This document shows positions 1 to 10,505 of a stretch of 64,000 nt of DNA, piece by piece (position 1 is the stretch's first letter; every line of letters begins with the position of its first letter). The notes beneath the pieces are model-generated. The model was given only the letters and a program-made list of their open reading frames with translations, did no database searches and had not been told where the DNA came from. Source of the DNA: an uncultured Spirochaetota bacterium. Lineage in GTDB: Bacteria > Spirochaetota > Spirochaetia > SZUA-6 > Fen-1364. The position numbers were made by a program, and so were the translations under genes. The stretch lies in the NCBI GenBank assembly GCA_963734545.1, contig CAVTHO010000004.1, positions 288,001 to 352,000 of the forward strand, read 5' to 3'.

Positions 1-2
1 AC

Positions 3-761
3 TCGGCAAAGAAGGCGCCGATCCTCATCGTCCACTCGGGCCGTGACGCGTGGGCGGAGGATGACACCTACATCGCCCAGGAGGCTCTCCGGCGAGGCTG
101 GCACTGCCTGCTCTTCGACGGCCCCGGCCAGGGCCAGACGCTCCGGCTGCAGGGGCTTGCCTTCCGCCCTGACTGGGAGAAGGTGATCACCCCCGTGGTG
201 GATTTCGCAGTCAAACAGCCGGGCGTGGATTCCAGCCGGATCGCGCTCATGGGCATATCAATGGGAGGGGCGCTGGCCCCACGGGCCGCGGCATTCGAAA
301 AGCGCCTGAAGCTTCTGGTCGCAAACCCCGGGGTCCTGGATTGGGGGCGCGTCGTCACGGGATACATCGCGGAGCGCTATCCCGAGATTGCCGACATGCC
401 GGAAAGAGATCCGCAGGGATTCAATGCCCTCATGGCCCAGGTGATCGCGGGAAACGCCTTCATGCGATGGGGACTCAGGGACACGATGTGGAAGCAGGGG
501 TGCGCGACCCCGGCCCAGCTTTTCCAGGAAATGAGGAGGTACACGAACAAGGGCTTCGCAGGGAAGATCACCGCAAAGACCCTCGTCGTGGACGGTGAGG
601 CGGAGGAGTTCGGCCAGGCAAAGGAGCTCCTCGAGGCGCTTCGCGGCCCGAAAGACTACATGCTCTTCACCGCTGCCGAAGCGGCGCAGCTCCACGTGCA
701 GACAGGGTCCTCGGCCGTTTCCAGCCAGCGGATCTTCGACTGGCTGGAAGAAAACCTCTAG
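3..761 (+). CDS. Alpha/beta hydrolase (FrsA/DUF1100-like), 5' truncated by the window edge
   Basis: Frame open from base 3 (SAKKAPILIVHSGRD...LFDGPGQG); nucleophile elbow GISMGG; C-terminal His (QLHVQ). Confidence 0.8.
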   Translation, partial: SAKKAPILIVHSGRDAWAEDDTYIAQEALRRGWHCLLFDGPGQGQTLRLQGLAFRPDWEKVITPVVDFAVKQPGVDSSRIALMGISMGGALAPRAAAFEKRLKLLVANPGVLDWGRVVTGYIAERYPEIADMPERDPQGFNALMAQVIAGNAFMRWGLRDTMWKQGCATPAQLFQEMRRYTNKGFAGKITAKTLVVDGEAEEFGQAKELLEALRGPKDYMLFTAAEAAQLHVQTGSSAVSSQRIFDWLEENL

Positions 762-765
762 GAGC

Positions 766-866
766 ATCGCGCGAAGCGCGATATCCGTAGGGCGGCAGGC
801 GTTTGCGGAGCAAACGCCGGGAGCCCGGCAGATGGGTCTATCCGGATGAGACGAGCCATCGCCCTA
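766..866. repeat. Intergenic multi-hairpin, REP-like element
   Basis: ATCGCGC-GAA-GCGCGAT (766-782); GTAG at 787; TAGGGCG (788-794) pairs with CGCCCTA (860-866) and encloses GGCGTTTGC-GGA-GCAAACGCC, GCCGGG/CCCGGC and GATGG/CCATC stems. Confidence 0.5.
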
Positions 867-925
867 ACCTCAATATGCCTTGCCCGAGGACCGCGCAGCA
901 AGTACCTTCAACCGGGGGGCCCATC

Positions 926-1967
926 ATGATCAAAATATCAGGCAGAAAGCTGGAGCGGCTGGAGCATCTGGCCGACTCGCGGGGCGTTATCGCGGCGGCC
1001 GCAATGGATCAGCGCGGCTCATTGAAGAAGTCCATCGCCAAAGAAAAGGGCGTGGACGCCGCGCAGCTCTCCGACGACGTCATGAGCGAGTTCAAGGAGG
1101 CGGTGAGCAAGGTGCTCACGCCGCATGCCACCGCCATCCTCCTGGACACGGAGTTCGGCGAGCGTGCCATCAAGGCGCGCGCCAGGAACGCGGGCCTTCT
1201 GCTGGCGTACGAGAAAACCGGCTACGATGCGACGCAGCCGGGAAGGCTGGGTGATCTCCTCGATCACCTGAGCGTCCGGCGCCTCGCGGCGTACGGGGGA
1301 GACGCGGTGAAGCTCCTCCTTTACTACGCCGCGGACGACGATCCACAGGTCAACGACATCAAGCACGCGTGGATAGAACGCGATTGGGGCCGAGTGCGCG
1401 GCGGAGGAGATGCCGCTCTTCCTCGAGGTCGTGACCTATGATCCCCGGGGCGGGGAAGAGAAGAGCGTGGCCTTTGCCAGGCGCAAACCGGACCTTGTCA
1501 TGGGGTACATGCGGGAGTTCTCCAAGCCCCAGTACCGCGTGGACGTCCTGAAAGTCGAGATCCCCTTCGATATCGCGTTCGTCAAGGGTTCCAAGGCAAA
1601 CAAGAGCGGCCAGGCGGCCTATGACAAGCAGGAGGCAAAGGACATCCTCCAGCGTGCCGCCCAGTGCACGCACCTGCCGTTCATCTACCTCTCGGCAGGC
1701 GTGGACGATGACGTCTTTCGCGAGTCTCTCAACATGGCGGGAGAAGCCGGCGTGCCCTTTGCCGGGGTCCTCTGCGGCCGGGCCACGTGGAAAGAGGGAA
1801 TACCCGTCTATGCGAAACAAGGGGTAAAGGCGCTGGAAGACTGGCTTTCCGACCGCGGCGTAAAAAACATCGAGACGCTGAACGACGTGTTGAAGCAGTA
1901 CGCCAGGCCCTGGTACGCGGCGTACGGCGGACGGGACAAGGTACAGGCGGTCGAGCGGACCTCATAA
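926..1967 (+). CDS. lacD: Tagatose-1,6-bisphosphate aldolase family (class I); apparent frameshift near 1380-1390
   Basis: AAAMDQRGSL, AILLDTEFG, LLLAYEKTGYD, VDVLKVEIP, LPFIYLSAGV, GVLCGRATW motifs split over ORFs 803..1441 and 1410..1967. Confidence 0.85.
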
Positions 1968-1983
1968 AGCACAGCCTCGCCGT

Positions 1984-2103
1984 CGCGGCCGCTCCTGGCG
2001 GCATTCGCGGCCGCTCCTGGCGGCATTTCATGTCCACTGGTCGGCCTTTCGGCCATCCCTGGCCTCGGCCGACCTCGACATCACGGCCGCTCCTGGCGGC
2101 ATT
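1984..2103. repeat. Intergenic short repeat cluster: CGCGGCCGCTCCTGGCGGCATT twice in tandem plus a third 20-bp copy
   Basis: Copies at 1984-2005, 2006-2027 and 2084-2103, between convergent lacD and qor. Confidence 0.8.
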
Positions 2104-2109
2104 CCCTGT

Positions 2110-3072
2110 CTACGGTATCAGCACGATCTTGCCGAACGCGCCGGGCTCCATCACCTTGCGGTGAGCCTCGGCGGCACTGGCCAGCGGCAGCTCTGCTCCC
2201 ACCACGGGCCGCAGCGTCCCGTTTTCCAGCCCGGCCACGATGGCGGCATGCGCCGCCGCCACGTCCTCGTCGGAGATGTTCCACAGCAGCATGCCATAGA
2301 CTGCCCCGTCCCTGCCCATCAGCTCCCGTGGATTGATCGTCACCTCCCCGCGATTGCCGATCACCACGACACGGCCGCGCGGTGCCAGCAGCTTCAGGTC
2401 GGCGCCGAGGTTGACGTTGGCCAGCATCTCGAGGATGACATCGACTCCCCTGCCCCCTGTCAGCTCCCTCACCTGGTCCTGGTAGCCCGCCGCGCGGTGG
2501 TCCACCACGTGGTGCGCGCCCTCGCGGAGGGCCAGCTCGCGGCCCCTGTCCGTGCCGGCGGTGCCGATCACGATCATGCCCCGGGCCCGGGCAAGCTGCA
2601 CCGCCGCGACGCCGACCCCGCCGCTCGCGCCATGCACCAGGAGCGTTTCCCCTCCGCGGGCATGCGCCACCTGCTCCAGCGCCCGGTACGCTGTGGCGTA
2701 TGGCACGAACACCCCGGCGCCCTGGGCCCACGAGACCCGCTCGGGAAGCGGCTGGACCTGCGACTCGAGCGCCAGAGCGTATTCCGCGTACGTGCCGCTC
2801 ACCGTGCGGGCCGTGTACACGCGGTCACCCGGCTTTACCCGGCTCACGCCGGGTCCCGTCGTCTCGACCAGCCCGGCGCCGTCGGTGCCCGGCGTGTACG
2901 GAAGCTCGGGCTTGCGCGCATAGCTTCCGCTGCGCACGTACGTGTCCGCCGGATTGACGCCCGCTGCCATGATGCGCACCACGACCTGCCCCGGACCCGG
3001 CTTCGGCAGGGGGAGCTCGCCGAGCTTCAGCACCTCGGGTCCGCCAAACTCCCTGACAACGATGGCTTTCAT
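2110..3072 (-). CDS. qor: NADPH:quinone oxidoreductase (MDR / zeta-crystallin family)
   Basis: FGGPEVL, GVNPADTYVRSG, PYTPGTDGAG, HGASGGVG, C-terminal GKIVL. Confidence 0.9.
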   Translation of the reverse strand: MKAIVVREFGGPEVLKLGELPLPKPGPGQVVVRIMAAGVNPADTYVRSGSYARKPELPYTPGTDGAGLVETTGPGVSRVKPGDRVYTARTVSGTYAEYALALESQVQPLPERVSWAQGAGVFVPYATAYRALEQVAHARGGETLLVHGASGGVGVAAVQLARARGMIVIGTAGTDRGRELALREGAHHVVDHRAAGYQDQVRELTGGRGVDVILEMLANVNLGADLKLLAPRGRVVVIGNRGEVTINPRELMGRDGAVYGMLLWNISDEDVAAAHAAIVAGLENGTLRPVVGAELPLASAAEAHRKVMEPGAFGKIVLIP

Positions 3073-4944
3073 GGTCCCTCCTCGGCGTCAGCCGTCGATT
3101 CAGGCAGCCGGATATCGAATTGGCATCCGGAGCCTTCGAGGTTCCTGACGCTCATGCTCCCTCCGTGCCTCTTCACGATCTGGTAGCAGATCGACAGGCC
3201 GAGCCCGATATTGTCGCCCTTCCCTTTCCGCGTCGAGTAGAAGGGAATGAAAATGTCGTTGAGGTCCGCGTCCCGGATCCCCGGGCCGGAGTCGGTGAAT
3301 GTCACGTGCACGGCGCCCCTGCCCTGCTCGTCCCGCGTCCGGCGGGTCTTGATGCTGATGGTCCCGCCGGCCGGCATGGCCTCGAAGCTGTTCTTCACCA
3401 GGTTGAGGACCACCTGCTTCATCTCGTTCCTGTTGACCGTGGCCAGGAGCGTCTTTTCCGGCGAATCGAACGTGATCGTGATGTGCTTGTAATCCGCGTT
3501 GTGACGGAGGAGGCCCAGGATGTTGCGGATCAGGTCATTGAGGTCGATCTCTTCCCTTTCCACCCTGTCCATGTTCGACAGGGAGAGGAGGTTCTTCACG
3601 ATGCCCGCGATATACGTGATCTCCTCGTGCAGCTCGTCGATCGCCTCGTGCAGCTTCCTGTCATTGAAGGAGAACTTGATATGCGTCAGGTAGTTGTAGA
3701 CGATCTCCAGCGGATTGTTGATCTCGTGCGCGACCCCCGCGGCGAGCAGGCCGAGCGAGGCGAGCTTTTCCGAGAGGATGACCTGTTTCTGCAGCTTGTC
3801 GAACTCGGTGACGTCCTCGATGATGATGATGTTGCCGATGCGCGCTCCTTCATCATAGATGGGGAGGGTCCTGACGTTGTTCACCGTGTCGGTCCCGCCG
3901 ATGACCAGGGGGACGTGGTAGAACGCCCTGCCTTCGTCGGAGAGCAGCGCGTCCCGTATGAGCCCGAGCGTCCCGCTGTTCCGCGCCCCCAGCAGGTCCG
4001 CGAGCGGCTTGTCCGCGAACTGCACGCCTTCCAGCCGGAAGTATTCCCGGCAGCGCTCGTTCACGATCTTGACGTTCTCCTGCGCGTCGCTCACGATGAG
4101 GTTCACCGGGCAGATTGAGCAGGACCGCCTCGTTGAACTTGAGGAACTGGTTGAACTCGCGTTTCAGGTTTCCCGAATCATTGCGCGCGTAGACCTGCGT
4201 ATAGGTGAGCTTGAGCAGGTTCATCCTGTCGATGTGCTCGACGTCGTCCGTCACCAGGATCTCGCCGTTCTTCACGATGCTGACCCGGTCCGCCACCTCG
4301 TAGACGTCGTCGATGCGGTGCGTGATGAAGAGGACGGCCATGCCTTCCTTCTTCATCCCGTCCATCATGCGCAGCACGCGGGCGAGATCTCCCGAGGAAA
4401 GTTTTTCCAGGGCTTCGTCCAGGATCAGCAGTCGCGGTTTCTTCTGCAGGGCGCACAGGATCGAGGTCAGGACCCGGTCGGGAAGGTTGAGGTGGCTCAC
4501 CGTGGCGGACGCATCGAGATTGAATCCGTGGGAGGAGAGGTATTCCTCCGCGTGACGCAGGATGTCCCTCCTGCTCAGCATGCCCCAGCGCTTCATCTTA
4601 CCGTCCAGGAAAAAGATGTTCTCGGCGACGGAGAAATAGTCATTGAGCTGGACCTGCTGGTGCACCATTTCGATGCCCATGCGATGCGCAAGGCTCGTGG
4701 ACAGGGCGGCATATCTCCCGGTGCCGAACTCGATGCATCCCCTCTTGGGCTTCATGTTGCCGCTGATGACCAGCCCGAGAGAGGATTTTCCCGCACCATG
4801 CTCACCCACCACCGCGTGGACCTTGGAGGGAAACAGGGAGAGGTTGACGTCTTTCAGCGCTTCGATCTGGCCGTAGTCCAGCGAGATGTGGGCAAGACGG
4901 AGCAGCTCGCGGGTTTCGCCCCCGACGCTACGCATTGATCCCAT
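3069..4944 (-). CDS. Putative fusion: sugar-ABC ATPase domain + PAS + HisKA/HATPase sensor kinase; apparent frameshift near 4107
   Basis: ORF 3853..4944 has GEHGAGKS, MVHQ, LLILDE, ITHR; ORF 3069..4106 has a PAS-like segment, AGVAHEINNPL, N/G1/F/G2 boxes; removing one base at AATCTGCCCGGTG joins them as ...LLNLP-VNLIVSD... Confidence 0.75.
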
Positions 4945-6260
4945 AGCGCTCCATCTTGTTGTAGAGCGTCTTCCTGCTCATGTTCAGGAGCTGCGCGACC
5001 CGGGACCTGTTGTAGTTCGTGCTCTGGAGGGTCCTCAGGATCAGGTGCTTTTCCATGTCCTCGCGGATGTTGCGGGGGGTCGCGTTCAGCCCGCCGTCCA
5101 GGAAGGCGACAGGGAGGTCCTCCATGCCGATCCGTTCGCCCGCCGACATGGCCACGGAATAGTTGATCGTATTCTTCAGCTCTCTGACGTTCCCCGGCCA
5201 CGAGTGATCGAGGAACCGGGCCAGGACTTCCGGGGCAACGTCCTTCCGTGCGCCGGGGCTGGAATTGTGATACTCCGCGAGAAAATGCTCGACGAGGAGA
5301 GGGATGTCCTCTTTTCTCTCCCGGAGGGGAGGAACGGTGAGCACCGCCGCATTGAGCCTGTAGAAGAGGTCTTCGCGGAACAGGTTCTTCTCTATCAGTG
5401 CCCCGAGGTCCTTGTTCGTGGCGGCGATGAAGCGCACATCCACCCGGATCGTCTCGCTCCCCCCCAGCCTTCTGATCTCGCTGTTCTGGAGGGTCCGGAG
5501 GATCTTTGCCTGGATGCCGAGGGGCATGTCTCCGATCTCGTCGAGGAACAGGGAGCTTCCGTCCGCCTTCTCGAACACGCCCTTGAAGGCGGAATCCGCG
5601 CCGGTGTAGGCGCCCCTCTCGTGCCCGAACAGCTCGTTGTCCAGGAGGGACTCGGGAAAAGCCACGCAGTTGATCTTGATCATCTTCCGGGCGCCGCGCG
5701 CGGAGCTCGCATGGATGTTGTCCGCGATGACCTCCTTGCCGGTGCCGCTCTCGCCGCAGATCAGGACGGGGAGGCTGGTGGCGGCGAGCTTCTCCACCTT
5801 GCGGCAGAGGTCGAACATGCGCGCGTCCTGGGTGACGATCGTCGCGGAGAGCTCCATGCAGCCGGCTGCGAAGCTGGACATTTTCTTCCCGCAGCCGCGA
5901 GCACTCGGACGCGTTCTCCACGGTCTTCAGCAGCTCGTCGAAATCCAGCGGCTTCTTCACGTAGTCGAAAGCCCCCAGCTTGATGGACTGCACGGCCGTG
6001 TCTATGGAGGCGTACGCGGTGATCATGATCACGGGCACCCGGGCGTTGATTGCCAGGAGCCGCTTGAGGATGTCGATGCCGCTCTCCTCCGCCAGCATGA
6101 CGTCGAGAAGAACGACATCGATCCTGTTGTCGGAAAAGACCGTGACCGCCTGCTGCCCGTTGGTCGCGTAGAGCGCCCTGTAGCCGACGTGCTCGAAGTT
6201 CAAGGCCAGGCTCTTGCAGAGCTTCTCTTTATCGTCGATGACCAGGATGCAGCTTTTCAT
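4928..6260 (-). CDS. Sigma-54-dependent response regulator (NtrC/AtoC family: REC-AAA+-Fis HTH); apparent frameshift near 5860
   Basis: REC (LVIDD, LLDVML, GAFDYVKKP) in 4854..6260; GESGTGKE, ELFGHERGAYTGA, LFLDEIGDM, FREDLFYRL, WPGNVREL and HTH in 4928..5881. Confidence 0.9.
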
Positions 6261-6304
6261 CTGTTGATTGTCACCAGGTTACCCAGGGGCCCCTCGCAAT
6301 ATGA

Positions 6305-6382
6305 GTAATTTTTACGCACTCACTATAGGGCCGCTGCTCGCCGGCTGTCAACGATTTTCTTGACAGCAGGGTAATTCCTTAC
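6305..6382. promoter_or_regulatory. Candidate upstream activator sequences for the sigma-54 activator
   Basis: GTAATTTTTAC (6305-6315), CTGTCAA-N8-TTGACAG (6345-6366) and GTAATTCCTTAC (6371-6382), 50-130 bp upstream of the -24/-12 element. Confidence 0.4.
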
Positions 6383-6432
6383 AAGAATGCCACTTGAGAA
6401 AAGGGAATTCCCCTGCCCGGCAGCCATGCGAT

Positions 6433-6448
6433 TGGCATGAGAAATGCT
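6433..6448 (+). promoter_or_regulatory. Sigma-54 (-24/-12) promoter
   Basis: TGGCAT-GAGAA-ATGCT matches TGGCAC-N5-TTGCW with correct GG-N10-GC spacing, 60 bp before the SBP ATG and next to a sigma-54 activator gene. Confidence 0.75.
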
Positions 6449-6508
6449 TCGGAGAGAGGCAAATCTGGAAGTTTTCCAGGGTTCCCATCCGAAGAAGGAG
6501 GAGAGAGC

Positions 6509-7453
6509 ATGAAGAAGCTGCTGTTCATTCTCGTTGCGGCGTCCCTCATATTCACCGCAACATCCGCGACAGCCCAGGCAAAGGGACAGATCAAGATCGC
6601 CATGGTGAATCTGGCGCTCACGAGTCCCTATTTCATCGGCATGTCCCAGGCGGTGAAGCAGGAATGCGATCGCTTCACGAACATCAAGCTCGTCACGACC
6701 GACGCAAAGGGCGACGCGCAGAAGCTGACCTCGGACGTGGAGGACGTCCTGGCACAGAACGTGAACGGTCTCATCATCAGCGCGGCATGGCTGGAGGCGG
6801 CCCCTGAAGCGCTGGACGCCATCAAGAGGGCCGGCGTGCCCGTGGTGCTCGTGGACAGGAAGCTCAAGGGCGGAGACTATACGAGCTGGGTCGGCCCCGA
6901 CAACACGCGCATCGGCATCCAGGACGGCGAGTACATCGTGAAGCGGCTGAACGGCAAGGGCCGGGTCGTGGTCCTGCGGGGCGGGCCCGCGGACAACTCC
7001 ATCGGCCTGGATCGGACCAACGGCATGATTTCCGCGGTCAAGAAGGCGGGCATGGAAGTCGTCATGGCGCCGAACTTCGGCGGCTGGAGCTCGGACGGCG
7101 GGTTCAAGCTGATGGAAGACATGCTGGCCAAGTACAGGAAGATCGACGCGGTCTTCGCGGAGAACGACTCCATGGCGCTGGGCGCGCAGAAAGCTATAGC
7201 CGATGCGGGACGCTCCAAAGAAATGTTCCTGTGCGGCGCCGACGGCGAAAAGGCCGCCCTCGTGGAAATCAGCAAGAAATCGAACTTCGCCGCCACCGGG
7301 CTCAACAGCTCGGATCAGATCGGCCGCGCGGGGTTCACCCGGCTCATGTCGCTCCTGGCGGGCGCGCAGTCCGAGAAGGACACGATCCTGCCCTCGCCCC
7401 TCATCACCATAGACAACGTCGCTCGGTTCCTCATTCCCGAGAGCGTATTCTAA
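6509..7453 (+). CDS. Monosaccharide ABC transporter substrate-binding protein (RbsB-like)
   Basis: Signal peptide MKKLLFILVAASLIFTATSATAQA; VPVVLVDR, VGPDN, VFAENDSMALGA; RBS GAAGGAGG. Confidence 0.9.
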   Translation: MKKLLFILVAASLIFTATSATAQAKGQIKIAMVNLALTSPYFIGMSQAVKQECDRFTNIKLVTTDAKGDAQKLTSDVEDVLAQNVNGLIISAAWLEAAPEALDAIKRAGVPVVLVDRKLKGGDYTSWVGPDNTRIGIQDGEYIVKRLNGKGRVVVLRGGPADNSIGLDRTNGMISAVKKAGMEVVMAPNFGGWSSDGGFKLMEDMLAKYRKIDAVFAENDSMALGAQKAIADAGRSKEMFLCGADGEKAALVEISKKSNFAATGLNSSDQIGRAGFTRLMSLLAGAQSEKDTILPSPLITIDNVARFLIPESVF

Positions 7454-7460
7454 ACCATCG

Positions 7461-7494
7461 CCATGACCTCCCTTCGGGGAGGTCATGGTCTTTT
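7461..7494 (+). terminator. Stem-loop after the SBP gene (leaky terminator or mRNA stabiliser)
   Basis: CCATGACCTCCC-TTCG-GGGAGGTCATGG followed by TCTTTT. Confidence 0.7.
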
Positions 7495-7508
7495 CAGGGA
7501 GATCGTCC

Positions 7509-8972
7509 ATGCAAATGCTCATCGACGGCAGGTGGGTCGACGCCCGCGACGGAAAGACCCGCGCGATTCGAAATCCGGGGAACGGCGAGGTCATCGATAC
7601 CGTCCCCATGGCCGGGCTCCAGGACGTGGACGCTGCGCTGGAAGCCGCGGCGGCAGGCAGCGCGCGGATGCGCGCCACCCCCGCCCACGCGCGATCATCC
7701 ATCCTCGCGCGCGCGGCCCTGCTCATAGCCGCGAGGAAAGAGGAGCTCGCGACGCTCCTGGCCCGGGAGAACGGCAAGCCGATCCGGCAGACGAGGGACG
7801 AGATCGAGGTCACCTCCCGGATTTTCCGCGGCTTCGCCGAGGAGGCCAGGCGGATATTCGGCCGGACCGTGCCCATGGACGCGGTGCCGGGGCAGGAGCG
7901 GCATTTCGCCATGACCATCAGGCAGCCTTTGGGAGTCGTGGCCGCGATCGTTCCGTTCAACTACCCGGCGGAGCTCTATGCGCACAAGGCCGCCCCCGCG
8001 CTCGCCGCGGGCAATGCGGTGATTGCCAAGCCGCCCAGTGACTGCCCCCTCACGATGCTCCGCATCGCCGCGATACTGGAAGAGGCCGGCCTCCCGCGCG
8101 CGGCCCATCAGATGCTCACGGGGCCGGGGCAGCTCGTCGGCGAGCGCCTGGCCATGAGCCCCCTCGTGCGCCTCGTCTCGGTGACGGGAAGCACGGCAGT
8201 GGGAAGGAGGCTCGCGCAGCTTGGCGCGGAGAACCTTCAAAAGATCCACCTGGAGCTCGGCGGCAACGATTCGGTCATCATCTGCGCGGACGCCGACATA
8301 GAGAAGGCGGCCGAGGCCGTGGTCCTGGGCCGGCTGGCGCGCGGGAACGGTCAGATCTGCTGCGCGGTCAAGCGCGTGTTTGTCGACGCCCGGGTCATGG
8401 ACCTGTTTGCCCGGCGCCTGGCGGAAAAGGCCGCGGCCCTCAAGGTGGGGGATCAGCTTGCCGAGGACACCGACGTGGGACCGCTCATCACGGAGGAGGC
8501 GGCCCGGAGAGTGGAGGAGGCGGTTGCCGAAGCGGTGACGGCGGGCGCTAAAATCCTGTTCGGCGGCGGGCGGCGCGGTTCGTTCATGATGCCGACAGTT
8601 CTCACAGACGTGCCGGTGCAGACGCACCTGTTCAAGGACGAGACCTTCGGTCCCGTGGCGCCCCTGGTCGCCTTTTCCACGGAGGATGAAGCGGTGCGCA
8701 TGGCCAATGACAGCCCCTTCGGGCTGCAGGCAGCGGTCTTCACCAACGATATCACGCGGGCAATGAACATGGCATACCGGCTGGAGGTGGGCGGCGTGAT
8801 CGTGAACTGGTCCTCCGCGCTCAGGGCGGAGAACCTCCCCTTCGGGGGAACCAAGCTGAGCGGGTACGGCCGCGAGGGTCTGCACGACACGCTCCTCGAA
8901 ATGACGGAACAGAAGGTGATCCTGTTCCACAACGCGCTCTCGGTGTACGATGCCGGGCAGGCCGGTGCATGA
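7509..8972 (+). CDS. NAD(P)-dependent aldehyde dehydrogenase
   Basis: IVPFNYP, TGSTAVG, LELGGND, catalytic Cys in GQICCAVKR, ETFGPV, PFGGTKLSGYGREG. Confidence 0.92.
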   Translation: MQMLIDGRWVDARDGKTRAIRNPGNGEVIDTVPMAGLQDVDAALEAAAAGSARMRATPAHARSSILARAALLIAARKEELATLLARENGKPIRQTRDEIEVTSRIFRGFAEEARRIFGRTVPMDAVPGQERHFAMTIRQPLGVVAAIVPFNYPAELYAHKAAPALAAGNAVIAKPPSDCPLTMLRIAAILEEAGLPRAAHQMLTGPGQLVGERLAMSPLVRLVSVTGSTAVGRRLAQLGAENLQKIHLELGGNDSVIICADADIEKAAEAVVLGRLARGNGQICCAVKRVFVDARVMDLFARRLAEKAAALKVGDQLAEDTDVGPLITEEAARRVEEAVAEAVTAGAKILFGGGRRGSFMMPTVLTDVPVQTHLFKDETFGPVAPLVAFSTEDEAVRMANDSPFGLQAAVFTNDITRAMNMAYRLEVGGVIVNWSSALRAENLPFGGTKLSGYGREGLHDTLLEMTEQKVILFHNALSVYDAGQAGA

Positions 8973-10505
8973 GCAATGAGAGCTACCTCCACATGGAGGC
9001 CATCTACAAGAAGTTCGGAGGCACGATTGCGCTGAAGAACGTCTCCCTGTCCGCCGCGCTCGGTGAGGTCCACGCCGTGGTGGGGGAGAACGGAGCCGGC
9101 AAGTCCACGCTCATGAACATACTCTCCGGGGCCGTCACGCCGGACTCGGGGACAATCGCAATAGACGGCAGGACGGTCGTGCTGGGCACGCCGCACGAGG
9201 CGAACCGCATGGGCATTCGCGCGGTGCACCAGGAGTTCAGCCTGGTACGCCACCTGACCATTGCGGAGAACATCCTCATGGGCAAGATGCCCACCCGCGG
9301 CGCGGGACGCGTGTGGGTGGACTGGGCCGGCACCAACCGGCGCGCCCGCTCGATCCTGGAGGACCTCGGGTTTCCGCACCTCGACGTGCGCACGCGCGTC
9401 TCCCACCTGAGCGTGTCCCACCAGCAGATCGTGGAGATTGCCAAGGCCCTGGCGGAGAAACCCCGCATCCTCATCCTGGACGAACCCTCGGCGGTCCTCT
9501 CCAAGGATGAGCTGGCGCTGCTGTTCTCCCTCATCAGGAGGCTCGCGGCGGAGAACACGCTCGTCATCTACATCTCCCACAGGCTGGAGGAGGTCTTCGA
9601 GATAGCCGACCGCATCACCGTTCTCAGGGACGGCGAGGTGGTGGGCACCGTACCGCCGGGTCGAGGTGGACCAGAACGCCCTGATCCGCATGATGGTCGG
9701 CCGTTCCGTGGAAGAGATCTACCCGGCGCGCGCCGCGCGGTCCGCGGAGGAGATCCTGTCCGTGCGGGGGCTCGGCCGCGCGGGGGAGTTCCACGACGTT
9801 TCCTTTTCCCTGCACAGGGGAGAGGTCGTCGGGGTGTTCGGCCTCGTGGGGAGCGGAAGGACCGCCGTGGCCCGCAGCATCTTCGGAGCCGAGCCGCCGA
9901 CATCCGGCAGCATCTTTCTGGAGGGCAGGGAGGTGCGCGTGAAATCCCCGCAGGACGCGGTGAACGCGGGGATCTCCTTTGTGACGGAGGACAGGAAGCG
10001 GGACGGGCTGATCATGAGCTGCACGCTGCGTGACAACATCAGCCTTGCCACTCTGCGCCAGATGAGCCACGGATTGATCCTGGACCGGCGCCGGCAGGAC
10101 AGGATGGTGCAGGGAAAGGTGAACGACCTTGCCATCCGCCCGTCGGACATCGGACAGAAGGCCAGGACACTGAGCGGGGGCAACCAGCAGAAGGTGGTCA
10201 TTGCGAAATGGCTGCTCTCCCGCACCCGGGTCCTGCTTCTGGACGAGCCTACCCGGGGCGTGGACATCGGAGCGAAGGTCGAGATCTATCACATCATCAA
10301 TGGTCTCGTGGAGGCGGGGATCGGCGTCCTGCTCATCTCGTCGGAAATGTCGGAGGTACGCGGCATGAGCGACAGGATCATCGTCATGAGGGAGGGACGG
10401 CTCGTGGGGAATCTGACAAGGGCGGAAGCGGATGAAGAGACGCTGCTCCAGTACGCCGCGGGGGTGACAGGAGCAGCCGGTGCGCACATAAGGGGAACAC
10501 CATGA
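8969..10505 (+). CDS. Sugar ABC transporter ATP-binding protein (RbsA-like, two NBDs); apparent frameshift near 9660
   Basis: GENGAGKST, ILDEPS, YISHRL in 8969..10033; TEDRKRDGL, LSGGNQQKV, LLDEPTRGVDIGAK in 9666..10505. Confidence 0.9.

Noticed and set aside
787-866. Cloverleaf-like fold as a tRNA
   Set aside because: No T-loop GTTCRA, no D-loop consensus, no 7-nt anticodon loop and no CCA end.
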